A stretch of DNA of 44,988 bases, taken from IMG/VR virus record IMGVR_UViG_643348544_000004. The stretch is one strand, 5' to 3'. The stretch is from a virus. Lineage: Duplodnaviria; Heunggongvirae; Uroviricota; Caudoviricetes. Positions 8,324 through 16,694 of the stretch are shown here, one piece after another (position 1 is the stretch's first letter; each line of letters begins with the position of its first letter). A program made the position numbers and the translations under genes. A model generated the notes under the pieces. That model searched no databases. It saw nothing but the letters and a program-made list of their open reading frames with translations, and had not been told where the DNA came from.

Positions 8324-9094
8324 ATGGAAACCGTATTTGACGCACTGAAAGCAATGGGAAAAGCCACATCGGTAGAACTGGCCGCGCGACTTGATATCAG
8401 TCGTGAAGAGGTTCTCAACGAGCTGTGGGAACTCAAAAGAAATGGCGTCGTTGATAAAACTGGTCACACCTGGTTTCTGGCTGGCGAAGGTGAATCCCGG
8501 GTAACCGAAGAGCGGCCAGTAAAATCTGAAGCACAGGATATGCTGACCGGAGAGGTCGAACAAAAAGTTACCGCAGACATGATGATTGAGTTTATCGGTC
8601 AGGATGGTGCTAAAACGTGTGAGGAACTGGCGGGTAAGTTCGGCGTCAGTACTCGCAAGGTTGCCTCCACGCTGGCGGTGGTAACCGCAACGGGGCGGCT
8701 GGCACGCGTTAATCAGAACGGTAAATTTCGTTACTGCATGCCGGGCGATAATTTACCAGCAGAGCCGAAAGCCGCGCTGGTAACGGAAAGTGATGGTAAG
8801 GCCTTTCCTCAGCCAGCAGGTGCTGCGTTACCAGTCCGGGAAGCCGCAACACAGGAAGAAATTAAAACAGAAACTGTGGCGGACATTGTGCAGCCGTTGC
8901 CATCGTTTACCGAAACGCAAGCAGATGAGCTGATTTTTCCGTCCCTTCGCAGGGCAAACCTGGCGCTGCGCAGGGCGAAAAGTGATGTTCAGAAGTGGGA
9001 GCGAGTCTGCGCCGCGCTGCGGGAGCTGAACAAGCACCGGGATATTGTTCGACAGATTACTGATTCTTCCCGCCGTGTTGTATCGGAAAAGTGA
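8324..9094 (+). CDS. Hypothetical phage protein with N-terminal winged-helix-like region, 256 aa
   Basis: GGAGG RBS 8 nt upstream of ATG at 8324; common lambdoid-prophage early protein, function unknown. Confidence 0.5.
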   Translation: METVFDALKAMGKATSVELAARLDISREEVLNELWELKRNGVVDKTGHTWFLAGEGESRVTEERPVKSEAQDMLTGEVEQKVTADMMIEFIGQDGAKTCEELAGKFGVSTRKVASTLAVVTATGRLARVNQNGKFRYCMPGDNLPAEPKAALVTESDGKAFPQPAGAALPVREAATQEEIKTETVADIVQPLPSFTETQADELIFPSLRRANLALRRAKSDVQKWERVCAALRELNKHRDIVRQITDSSRRVVSEK

Positions 9095-9109
9095 TTGCCG
9101 GAGGCGCTT

Positions 9110-9532
9110 ATGGCAAAAGTATTTACACCAGAAGAGCGGGAAAAAATTAAAGGGCAGGTTGTTGAACTCGTACGCCAGAGTGGGCGCGAGACGTTACGAC
9201 AACTGGAAACTAAAACTGGGGAAACAAGATATCTGATGAGCGTTCTGGCCAGAGAGCTGGTTGCCAGTGGCGATGTATACAACTCTGGTTACGGGTTATT
9301 CCCGTCTGAACAGGCGCGTAAGGACTGGCAAAATGCCCGCAAAAAACTCTCAAGGGCAAAGCTGAAGAAACCATCTGTGGTTGATCCGGACCTTATCTGG
9401 CTATTACCTGACGGAGAAATACGTCGCTACGACAGGCGTCAGAACATAATCTGTCGCGAGTGCCGGAAGAGCGAAGTTATGCAGCGCATATTGTCGTTTT
9501 ATCAGGGTAATTTTCAGGAGGTAGCGCAGTGA
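9110..9532 (+). CDS. Hypothetical phage protein, 140 aa
   Basis: GGAGG RBS upstream of ATG 9110; stop overlaps next gene start. Confidence 0.45.
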   Translation: MAKVFTPEEREKIKGQVVELVRQSGRETLRQLETKTGETRYLMSVLARELVASGDVYNSGYGLFPSEQARKDWQNARKKLSRAKLKKPSVVDPDLIWLLPDGEIRRYDRRQNIICRECRKSEVMQRILSFYQGNFQEVAQ

Positions 9533-10017
9533 GTGCACCGGCAACCATTCTTGATATGTGCTGTGGCAGCCGTATGTTCTGGTTCGATAAGAATGACGAC
9601 CGGGCGATATTTAGCGATATCAGAAAAGAAGAGCACACATTGTGTGATGGACGACGCCTGATTATCAGTCCTGACCTGATAGCAGATTTTCGAGCATTAC
9701 CATTTGCAGACGCATCGTTTCCGGTTGTTGTATTCGACCCTCCGCATCTTGAGTGTGTTGGTGATAAAGCCTGGATGGGAAAGAAATATGGACGGTTGAA
9801 TAAAGATACCTGGCGTGATGATTTGCGGCAGGGATTTAAAGAAGCTTTTCGTGTGTTGTGGCCACATGGCGTTCTGATTTTTAAATGGAATGAAACGCAA
9901 ATATCTGTCCGCCAGATATTGGCACTAACCGACGCGAAACCAATCATCAGCCAGCGCACCGGTAAGAACGATAAAACACATTGGATTATTTTTGTGAAGG
10001 AGGCGACCAGTGGGTAA
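9529..10017 (+). CDS. Small putative DNA methyltransferase (SAM-binding ILDMCCGSR motif, DPPH motif), 162 aa, GTG start
   Basis: Motif I-like LDMCCG and motif IV-like FDPPH read in translation; GGAGG RBS; overlaps both neighbours. Confidence 0.5.
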   Translation: MSAPATILDMCCGSRMFWFDKNDDRAIFSDIRKEEHTLCDGRRLIISPDLIADFRALPFADASFPVVVFDPPHLECVGDKAWMGKKYGRLNKDTWRDDLRQGFKEAFRVLWPHGVLIFKWNETQISVRQILALTDAKPIISQRTGKNDKTHWIIFVKEATSG

Positions 10018-10264
10018 ATCAAAATGCCAGGTTTATGGCAACAAGATAGAACCGTGTACGACCCTGGCAAAATCCCTTGAGCATGATGCTGAATACACGA
10101 TGCGAAAAGGTCTGCTGATATACAAAATCTGGAATGAGAGTTTAACTCGCGGTCCTGATTTTGTGATGTTGCGTTCCGGTGAATTTTCTAAATTACCAGT
10201 TCGGGTTTCATTTTGTCCGTTCTGTGGTGAAAGTCTGAAAACGTGGGAGAACAGAAATGAATGA
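10010..10264 (+). CDS. Hypothetical protein with C-terminal CxxC zinc-ribbon-like motif (CPFCG), 84 aa
   Basis: GAAGGAGG RBS before GTG start; overlaps upstream and downstream genes. Confidence 0.4.
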   Translation: MGKSKCQVYGNKIEPCTTLAKSLEHDAEYTMRKGLLIYKIWNESLTRGPDFVMLRSGEFSKLPVRVSFCPFCGESLKTWENRNE

Positions 10265-10568
10265 AATTAAAGAAATACCAGTAGTACGTGATGAATATGG
10301 CTACTGGACGCATCCTGAATATGAAAAATTCTGTGACGGTCGGGAATATATTTCAACGGAAGAGTTTAACGCCTGGATGGAGGAAAATAATCTTCAATAC
10401 GTCCTCTGCTTCAGAGATGAAGGATGTGCTGACCTTGATGCGTGTGATGCTGATATTTCTGCATGGGAACCGGAACGACCAGAGGGCAATGGATGGTTTA
10501 TTGGTTCAATACATGACACCGAAGATGGCCCGGTTTGTGTATGGCTGAGAAATAAGGCCGAAGCATAA
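10257..10568 (+). CDS. Hypothetical phage protein, 103 aa
   Basis: ORF overlapping upstream stop; no recognisable family. Confidence 0.4.
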   Translation: MNEIKEIPVVRDEYGYWTHPEYEKFCDGREYISTEEFNAWMEENNLQYVLCFRDEGCADLDACDADISAWEPERPEGNGWFIGSIHDTEDGPVCVWLRNKAEA

Positions 10569-10696
10569 AGGCTATAAACCGACTAACAACTAAATACTGA
10601 AGATTTAAATCAGAAACGATTTTTATTAAATCCTTAACCGGAGGGATTCCTGCACCCTCAGAACATCAGGAGGCCGTCCGAAAGGGCGGTAGTGAA

Positions 10697-10879
10697 ATGC
10701 GAAAATTCAAAATAATTATTGAAACGGGAATAGCCGGTGGAGATTTCGAGGATGAATTCGAAGTGGATGATGATGCAACACCAGATGAAATACAGGATGA
10801 AGCTAAAGATATTTTCTTTAACTACTGCAATTACTCATACCACGAAATAAAAGACGAAGAGGAAGAACAAAATGGCTGA
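10697..10879 (+). CDS. Small highly acidic protein, 60 aa (about one third D/E)
   Basis: MRKFKIIIETGIAGGDFEDEFEVDDDATPDEIQDEAKD...KDEEEEQNG; charge composition reminiscent of DNA-mimic anti-restriction proteins (inference only). Confidence 0.35.
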   Translation: MRKFKIIIETGIAGGDFEDEFEVDDDATPDEIQDEAKDIFFNYCNYSYHEIKDEEEEQNG

Positions 10880-11048
10880 TTTTGGTTCAACTAAATACAA
10901 CGTCAGTTTTGAAGCATGGCATGAACTGTTAATGGACTATGCAGAGTTACGTGGTGGCAGTGCTGCTGATGCTGAAGCATGGCGTGATGATTATGAAGCA
11001 GGAAAAACTCCGGTCGAAGCATATTGTGATGAGTGGGGCGATGAATGA
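10872..11048 (+). CDS. Small acidic protein, 58 aa (MADFGSTKYNVSFEAWHELLMDYAELRGG...)
   Basis: Below track cutoff; manual translation; overlaps neighbours at both ends. Confidence 0.3.
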   Translation: MADFGSTKYNVSFEAWHELLMDYAELRGGSAADAEAWRDDYEAGKTPVEAYCDEWGDE

Positions 11049-11560
11049 GCGAGATTAATTATCAGGAAGGGCATGAAACGGCAGGGCAGGCAAAAACAGT
11101 GGCATGGCGATATCGCTACGTGAAAAAAGACGTTACAGACTTTCAGGGGAAGCCGTGGGCTGGTGACTGGAAATATGTACCGACAAAAGAGGATTGTAAC
11201 GACAGGCCGAACTATGAAATTCAGGCCTTATTCATCGGCCCGCCAGTCCCGGTGACATCAGAAGGACTGGTTAAAGCCGTGCGCTTTTATGAACAGGTAA
11301 AGCGTGAGAATCCGCCAGTCGAAACAGGAGCATGGAAGGATGCTGTTGACTGGGTGCTCAGAGAGGCCTGCTGCGCTGCCATTCTGGGTAAAGCCGACAA
11401 TCCACCAGCATCCGGCAATCAGGTTAGCGAATTAACAATGTGGGTTAAACGACTGGTCAGTCAACTGAAAAAAGCTCAGCCGGACTGCAAATTACCGGAG
11501 AAGGCGATGGATTACCTGAAACGAAATGGACTGATAAGCGTGGAGGATGTTTTACGATGA
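11045..11560 (+). CDS. Hypothetical phage protein, 171 aa
   Basis: ORF with ATGA overlap to upstream gene; no recognisable family. Confidence 0.45.
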   Translation: MSEINYQEGHETAGQAKTVAWRYRYVKKDVTDFQGKPWAGDWKYVPTKEDCNDRPNYEIQALFIGPPVPVTSEGLVKAVRFYEQVKRENPPVETGAWKDAVDWVLREACCAAILGKADNPPASGNQVSELTMWVKRLVSQLKKAQPDCKLPEKAMDYLKRNGLISVEDVLR

Positions 11561-11767
11561 AAATTTAGACTAAAGAGTTTGTAACGCTATGTAAGTGATT
11601 TTTTCTGGTTTAGATATTTATATGTCCGGCCAAATTGAGGTGTGTTTAAATGTTATTGCACATTGATTGTAGGGGGAATAATGAAAAACGCATTGCAGTT
11701 TTTGTTTGTTGCGTTCTGGTTGTTCGCATCATGTATGCCCATCATCTTCACAGCAAGGTATATGGAA

Positions 11768-11776
11768 AAAATTGAT
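11768..11776. repeat. IS1 target-site duplication, left copy (AAAATTGAT)
   Basis: Identical 9-mer directly abuts both IS1 ends. Confidence 0.85.
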
Positions 11777-11791
11777 GGTAATGACTCCAAC

Positions 11792-12295
11792 TTATTGATA
11801 GTGTTTTATGTTCAGATAATGCCCGATGACTTTGTCATGCAGCTCCACCGATTTTGAGAACGACAGCGACTTCCGTCCCAGCCGTGCCAGGTGCTGCCTC
11901 AGATTCAGGTTATGCCGCTCAATTCGCTGCGTATATCGCTTGCTGATTACGTGCAGCTTTCCCTTCAGGCGGGATTCATACAGCGGCCAGCCATCCGTCA
12001 TCCATATCACCACGTCAAAGGGTGACAGCAGGCTCATAAGACGCCCCAGCGTCGCCATCGTGCGTTCACCGAATACGTGCGCAACAACCGTCTTCCGGAG
12101 CCTGTCATACGCGTAAAACAGCCAGCGCTGGCGCGATTTAGCCCCGACATAGCCCCACTGTTCGTCCATTTCCGCGCAGACGATGACGTCACTGCCCGGC
12201 TGTATGCGCGAGGTTACCGACTGCGGCCTGAGTTTTTTAAGTGACGTAAAATCGTGTTGAGGCCAACGCCCATAATGCGGGCAGTTGCCCGGCAT
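11792..12295 (-). CDS. insB: IS1 InsB (transposase frame; expressed as InsAB' by -1 frameshift), 167 aa
   Basis: Canonical IS1 InsB sequence; overlaps insA 3' end. Confidence 0.9.
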
Positions 12296-12489
12296 CCAAC
12301 GCCATTCATGGCCATATCAATGATTTTCTGGTGCGTACCGGGTTGAGAAGCGGTGTAAGTGAACTGCAGTTGCCATGTTTTACGGCAGTGAGAGCAGAGA
12401 TAGCGCTGATGTCCGGCGGTGCTTTTGCCGTTACGCACCACCCCGTCAGTAGCTGAACAGGAGGGACAGCTGATAGAAACAGAAGCCAC
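12214..12489 (-). CDS. insA: IS1 InsA, 91 aa
   Basis: Sequence [43 protein letters not shown]... is canonical IS1 InsA. Confidence 0.9.
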
Positions 12490-12544
12490 TGGAGCACCTC
12501 AAAAACACCATCATACACTAAATCAGTAAGTTGGCAGCATCACC

Positions 12545-12553
12545 AAAATTGAT
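12545..12553. repeat. IS1 target-site duplication, right copy (AAAATTGAT)
   Basis: Identical 9-mer directly abuts both IS1 ends. Confidence 0.85.
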
Positions 12554-12774
12554 GTTTTGATATTAATGTTTGGACATATAAATGCCCTTTTTTTAGGGGT
12601 GTTCATGGCGGTCATGTGCATTGAATACTGGCGGTAAATACAGCGAACGCCATTGGTTTAGTTGGATATTTACTGTGCCGGACAAAAACGGTTTGCGGGG
12701 AAATCTTAGTTAAGTAGAATAACTGCGGGTGCTTGAGGCTATCTGTCTCAGGCATGAACACCAAAAGGCAGATA

Positions 12775-12846
12775 GAGAAAAGCCCCAGTTAACATTACGC
12801 GTCCTGCAAGACGCTTAACATTAATCTGAGGCCATATCTATGCGAC
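12775..12846 (-). ncRNA. Predicted Sok-like antisense RNA of the hok locus
   Basis: Minus-strand promoter-like -35 TTGACC (12876-12881) and -10 TAATCT (12852-12857) with 18-nt spacer, directing transcription antisense to the hok leader; hairpin plus T-rich tract downstream; prediction only. Confidence 0.3.
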
Positions 12847-12899
12847 ACATAGAGATTAGCCTCTTACGGACCGAAAGGTCAAGGAGAAGCAGGCTATGA
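12840..12899 (+). CDS. Short mok-like leader ORF overlapping hok start (19 codons)
   Basis: ATG at 12840, stop TGA at 12897-12899 overlapping the hok ATG (ATGA); shorter than canonical mok. Confidence 0.25.
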   Translation: MRHIEISLLRTERSRRSRL

Positions 12900-13051
12900 A
12901 GCAGCAAAAGGCGATGTTAATCGCCCTGATCGTCATCTGTTTAACCGTCATAGTGACGGCACTGGTAACGAGGAAAGACCTCTGCGAGGTACGAATCCGA
13001 ACCGGCCAGACGGAGGTCGCTGTCTTCACAGCTTACGAACCTGAGGAGTAA
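12896..13051 (+). CDS. hokD: Hok-family type I toxin (HokD/RelF-like), 51 aa
   Basis: Manual translation MKQQKAMLIALIVICLTVIVTALVTRKDLCEVRIRTGQTEVAVFTAYEPEE matches remembered HokD; below track cutoff. Confidence 0.8.
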   Translation: MKQQKAMLIALIVICLTVIVTALVTRKDLCEVRIRTGQTEVAVFTAYEPEE

Positions 13052-13120
13052 GAGACCCGGCGAGGGAGAAATCCCTCGCCACCTCTGATGTGGCAGGCAT
13101 TCTCAACGCACCCGCACTTA

Positions 13121-13150
13121 ACCCGCTTCGGCGGGTTTTTGTTTTTATTT
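13121..13150 (+). terminator. Rho-independent terminator after hok (ACCCGCTTCGGCGGGTTTTTGTTTTT)
   Basis: GC stem CCGC/GCGG with TTCG loop followed by T-run. Confidence 0.6.
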
Positions 13151-13267
13151 TCAACGCATTTGAAGTTCTGGACGGTGCCGGAATAGAATCAAAAATACTT
13201 AAGTAGCGCGCAGGGATAAGAGGGATGGTCCCTTAAAGGGGAGAGCTAATTATCCGGAAGGATTCTG

Positions 13268-13519
13268 ATGATGAACATCGAAGAACTGCGTAAAATTTTT
13301 TGTGAAGATGGCCTCTATGCTGTGTGCGTTGAAAATGGAAATATTGTTAGTCATTACCGCATTGTGTGTTTGCAAAAAAATGGGGCTGCGTTAATTAATT
13401 TTGTGGATGCCCGAGTGACGGACGGATTTATCTTGCGCGACGGTGAGTTTGTCACTTCATTACAGGTATTGAAAGAGATCGGAATAAAAGCTGGCTTTTC
13501 TGCTTTTTCAGAAGAATAA
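13268..13519 (+). CDS. Hypothetical phage protein, 83 aa
   Basis: ORF with GGAAGG RBS; no recognisable family. Confidence 0.4.
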   Translation: MMNIEELRKIFCEDGLYAVCVENGNIVSHYRIVCLQKNGAALINFVDARVTDGFILRDGEFVTSLQVLKEIGIKAGFSAFSEE

Positions 13520-13585
13520 ACTCATCTACAATCTTGCGCGGGGCTGAACTCCCGCTGAGTAACACCGTGCCACCGGAGAAAACCG

Positions 13586-13864
13586 ATGGCACGCAACGCA
13601 AAATATTACAAACATGATAATTCGACCGTTCTTGCCCACACGCACGAGCGGTATTCTCACGCATTTAAGTCAGACTGGTACCAGCATCCCCCATGCACTG
13701 AAGAACAGGCCGAATGGCTCATTCAGTGTTACCGCAGGCGCGGATGCGAGGTTAAAAAAGCCCTTAGCCTCGACTACCGTCACTGGATAATCTCCGTCAG
13801 GCTTCCTTACTCCGAACGCCCACCGCGTCTGTCCCGCACATTCCAGCAACGCATCTGGAGGTAA
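13586..13864 (+). CDS. Hypothetical phage protein, 92 aa
   Basis: ORF with GGAG RBS; no recognisable family. Confidence 0.4.
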   Translation: MARNAKYYKHDNSTVLAHTHERYSHAFKSDWYQHPPCTEEQAEWLIQCYRRRGCEVKKALSLDYRHWIISVRLPYSERPPRLSRTFQQRIWR

Positions 13865-13865
13865 C

Positions 13866-14921
13866 GTGCGGGTATTACTTCGACCTGTTCTGGTACCGGA
13901 ACTCGGGCTGGTGATCGTTAAGCCGGGCCGTGAATCCATGCCGGTATTCCACAATACCCGGGTACTGGTGGAGCCGGAACCGAAAAGCATGCGTAATCTG
14001 CCGTCCGGGGTCGTTCCTGCCGTTCGCCAGCCGCTGGTGGAAGACAAAACATTGCTGCCGTTTTTCAGTAACGCACGGGTGATTCGTGCTGCTGGTGGTG
14101 CTGGTGCATTGTCTGACTGGCTGTTGCGCCATATTAAATCCTGCCAGTGGCCACACGGCGATTATCATCACAGCGAAACCGTCATTCACCGTTATGGTAC
14201 CGGCGCAATGGTGTTGTGCTGGCACTGCGACAACCAGCTGCGTGACCAGACATCCGAATCACTCGGGCAACTTGCTCACCAAAACCTGTCTGCATGGATG
14301 ATTGACGTCATACGCCATGCAATGAATGGCTCGCAGGAACGGGAATTATCGCTGGCTGAATTATCCTGGTGGGCGGTCCGCAATCAGGTGGCGGACGCGC
14401 TACCGGAAGCGGTATTACGTCGTTCGCTGGGGTTGCGTGCGGAAAAAATCCGCTCAATGTACCGTGAAAGCGACATCGTACCGGGAGAGCAGACCGCCAC
14501 CAGCATACTGAAGCAGCGCACAAAAAATCTTGCGCCGCTGCCTCACGCCCACCAGCAAAACCCGCCACAGGAAAAGACGGTGGTCAGCATTGCCGTTGAT
14601 CCGGAGTCACCGGCTCAGTATCTCCAGCGCCAGAAATCACAACGGGAAGAGATGCCTGTATACACGCGCTGGGTAAAAACGCAGAAATGCATGACGTGTG
14701 GCAATCAGGCAGATGATCCGCATCACATCATTGGTCATGGACTGGGAGGGATGGGAACAAAGGCTGATGATTTGTTTGTTATTCCGCTGTGCCGTAAATG
14801 CCATAGCGAACTACACGCCGGGGTAAAAGATTTTGAAGAAAAACACGGCAGCCAGCTGTTGTTGCTGATTCGTTTTTTAATGCACGCGAGAAATTCGGGT
14901 GTTCTGAAGTGGAAAGCATAA
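13866..14921 (+). CDS. DUF968-type protein with C-terminal HNH-like zinc motif (YdfU-like), 351 aa
   Basis: C-terminus CMTCGNQADDPHHIIGHGLGGMGTKADDLFVIPLCRKCHSELH resembles HNH/DUF968 proteins found before rusA/Q in Qin-type prophages; GTG start after GGAGG. Confidence 0.6.
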   Translation: MRVLLRPVLVPELGLVIVKPGRESMPVFHNTRVLVEPEPKSMRNLPSGVVPAVRQPLVEDKTLLPFFSNARVIRAAGGAGALSDWLLRHIKSCQWPHGDYHHSETVIHRYGTGAMVLCWHCDNQLRDQTSESLGQLAHQNLSAWMIDVIRHAMNGSQERELSLAELSWWAVRNQVADALPEAVLRRSLGLRAEKIRSMYRESDIVPGEQTATSILKQRTKNLAPLPHAHQQNPPQEKTVVSIAVDPESPAQYLQRQKSQREEMPVYTRWVKTQKCMTCGNQADDPHHIIGHGLGGMGTKADDLFVIPLCRKCHSELHAGVKDFEEKHGSQLLLLIRFLMHARNSGVLKWKA

Positions 14922-15302
14922 ATGACCGAGCGCATAGAATTTGTTTTACCTTACCCGCCGACGGTGAACACTTACTGGCGACGCCGTGGCAGCACATATT
15001 TTATCTCGGAGGAGGGAAAGCGTTATCGCCGGGCTGTGGCGCTTATTGTTCGCCAGCAGCGGCTGAAATTAAGCCTGTCCGGAAGGCTGGCGATAAAGGT
15101 GATTGCAGAGCCACCGGATAAGCGTCGTCGCGACCTGGACAATATCCTGAAAGCACCGCTGGATGCGCTGACGCATGCGGGAGTGTTAATGGACGATGAG
15201 CAGTTTGATGAAATCAATATCGTTCGTGGTCAGCCAGTATCTGGTGGACGTATGGGGGTGAAGATTTACCCCATAATGCTTGAAGGGCAGGTCAAAAAAT
15301 GA
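14922..15302 (+). CDS. rusA: RusA Holliday-junction resolvase, 126 aa
   Basis: Pattern ...LPYPPTVNTYW...DKRRRDLDNILKAPLDALTHAGVLMDDEQF matches RusA family from memory. Confidence 0.8.
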   Translation: MTERIEFVLPYPPTVNTYWRRRGSTYFISEEGKRYRRAVALIVRQQRLKLSLSGRLAIKVIAEPPDKRRRDLDNILKAPLDALTHAGVLMDDEQFDEINIVRGQPVSGGRMGVKIYPIMLEGQVKK

Positions 15303-16120
15303 AACTGGAAGATTTACCGAAATACTACTCCCCAAAATCCCCCGGCCTGACTGATGCATCGGCCTCAACGTCAAAAGATGCGCTGAGTATCACTGATGTG
15401 ATGGCCGCGCAGGGCATGACACAGAATCGGGCTGAGATGGGGTTTTCTGCGTTCCTGGGGAAAATGGGCATCAGTATGAATGACAGGGCGCGGGCAACAG
15501 AATTACTGGCAGATTATGCACTCAGTCGGTGCGATCGTGTGGCGGCGTTGAGAAAACTCCCGGCAGAAATAAAACCGGTAGTGATGCGCATTATGGCTTC
15601 GTACGCTTTTGAGGATTATGCCCGCAGCGCAGCGAGTAAAAAGCAGTGCCCTTGTTGCTATGGGGAAAAATTTATTGAAAGCGTAGTTTTTACAAACAAG
15701 GTCCAGTATCCGGATGGTAAGCCGCCGGTATGGGCAAAGTGTACGAAAGGTGTGTATCCGTCTTACTGGGAAGAATGGAAAAAAGTCAGGGAGGTGGTAA
15801 AAGTTGCCTGTCCGGAGTGTGGCGGAAAGGGTGAGGTTTCCACCGCCTGTAAGGATTGCCGTGGGCGTGGTGTCGCCATTCATCGTGAAGAGTCGGTAAA
15901 ACGTGGTATGCCTGTTATCAGAGATTGCCAGCGTTGTGGTGGTCGTGGCTGTGAAAGGCTGCCATCAACGGAGGCATTTAATGCCATATGCAAAGTGACG
16001 AGTGCTATCACGCTTGATACGTGGAAAAAATCAGTGAAACGCTTTTACGATACGTTGGTGGTTCGGTTTGACATTGAAGAGGCATGGGCGGAGCGGCAGT
16101 TAAAGAGGGTAACGCGATAG
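15299..16120 (+). CDS. Late-gene antiterminator Q (phage-82/Quu type), 273 aa
   Basis: Cys-rich zinc-binding region (CPCCYGEK, CPECGGKGE, CKDCRGRG, CQRCGGRG); position immediately upstream of a promoter/terminator pair and the lysis genes. Confidence 0.75.
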   Translation: MKLEDLPKYYSPKSPGLTDASASTSKDALSITDVMAAQGMTQNRAEMGFSAFLGKMGISMNDRARATELLADYALSRCDRVAALRKLPAEIKPVVMRIMASYAFEDYARSAASKKQCPCCYGEKFIESVVFTNKVQYPDGKPPVWAKCTKGVYPSYWEEWKKVREVVKVACPECGGKGEVSTACKDCRGRGVAIHREESVKRGMPVIRDCQRCGGRGCERLPSTEAFNAICKVTSAITLDTWKKSVKRFYDTLVVRFDIEEAWAERQLKRVTR

Positions 16121-16125
16121 TGTTG

Positions 16126-16153
16126 TTGATTTTTCCCGAATCTGTGGTAAATT
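16126..16153 (+). promoter_or_regulatory. Candidate late promoter (PR-prime-like): -35 TTGATT, 16-nt spacer, -10 TAAATT
   Basis: Read directly just downstream of Q stop; hexamers approximate sigma-70 consensus. Confidence 0.35.
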
Positions 16154-16202
16154 TGCTCTAACGATGGGCGTTTTATGCCTGACGTTAGAAGATTTTTTAC
16201 AC

Positions 16203-16226
16203 CCCGCCGCCTGGCGGGTTTTTTAT
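16203..16226 (+). terminator. Rho-independent terminator (tR-prime-like) about 50 nt downstream of candidate late promoter
   Basis: CCGCC-GCCT-GGCGG hairpin followed by TTTTTTA. Confidence 0.55.
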
Positions 16227-16346
16227 GACTGAAATCGCGTCAGTACAGTAAACGCGCTGGTGGCGGTGAATACCTGTCTTTCAGCTTGCTGGCTTTTTCG
16301 ACAAGAGTTATTGGTGTGTCACGTTAACCGGAAAAGGGAAAAAGAC

Positions 16347-16544
16347 ATGCTAAAACAGCAGGATATGACAGAAACCGCCAGAGTAGTGTTTAATGAATTA
16401 AGCGTTACCGAACCGGCGACAGTCGGGGAGATAGCGCAGAATACTTACCTTTCACGCGAACGCTGCCAGTTAATACTGACCCAGCTGGTTATGGCGGGTC
16501 TGGCAGACTATCAGTTCGGTTGTTACAGACGCCTTCCGCAGTGA
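16347..16544 (+). CDS. Small hypothetical protein, 65 aa, possible winged-helix fold
   Basis: Internal ATG with GGGAAAAAGAC upstream; followed by its own terminator. Confidence 0.35.
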   Translation: MLKQQDMTETARVVFNELSVTEPATVGEIAQNTYLSRERCQLILTQLVMAGLADYQFGCYRRLPQ

Positions 16545-16557
16545 AGGCTTTTTTATT
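16531..16557 (+). terminator. Rho-independent terminator overlapping stop of the 65-aa ORF (GCCTTC-loop-GAAGGC + T-run)
   Basis: Read directly. Confidence 0.45.
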
Positions 16558-16694
16558 TGTGGTAAATGGGCGGCTGGTGGGTGTTAGGGGCACCCACCAG
16601 CCATCTGCTCATGCGTTGGGTTCACAAGCAAACCTCAGGCCCACTGCTTTGCGCAAAAGCAGAATGAGCCTATCAGAGACAGGCTTAATGATCC

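Larger units (their letters stand above)
11777..12544 (-). mobile_element. IS1 insertion sequence (768 bp) with terminal inverted repeats
   Basis: Ends GGTAATGACTCCAACTTATTGAT... and ...ATCAGTAAGTTGGCAGCATCACC; contains insA and insB; flanked by perfect 9-bp direct repeats. Confidence 0.9.
11681..12637 (+). pseudogene. Small hydrophobic protein gene (59 aa when IS1 and one duplication copy are removed) interrupted by IS1
   Basis: AGGGGG RBS before ATG 11681; reading frame continues in phase across the 9-bp duplication to a stop at 12635-12637; reconstructed product MKNALQFLFVAFWLFASCMPIIFTARYMEKIDVLILMFGHINALFLGVFMAVMCIEYWR. Confidence 0.45.

Noticed and set aside
11642-11857. 71-aa ORF running from the small membrane-protein gene into IS1
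   Set aside because: Chimeric read-through into the IS1 inverted repeat; interpreted as an IS1-disrupted gene instead.
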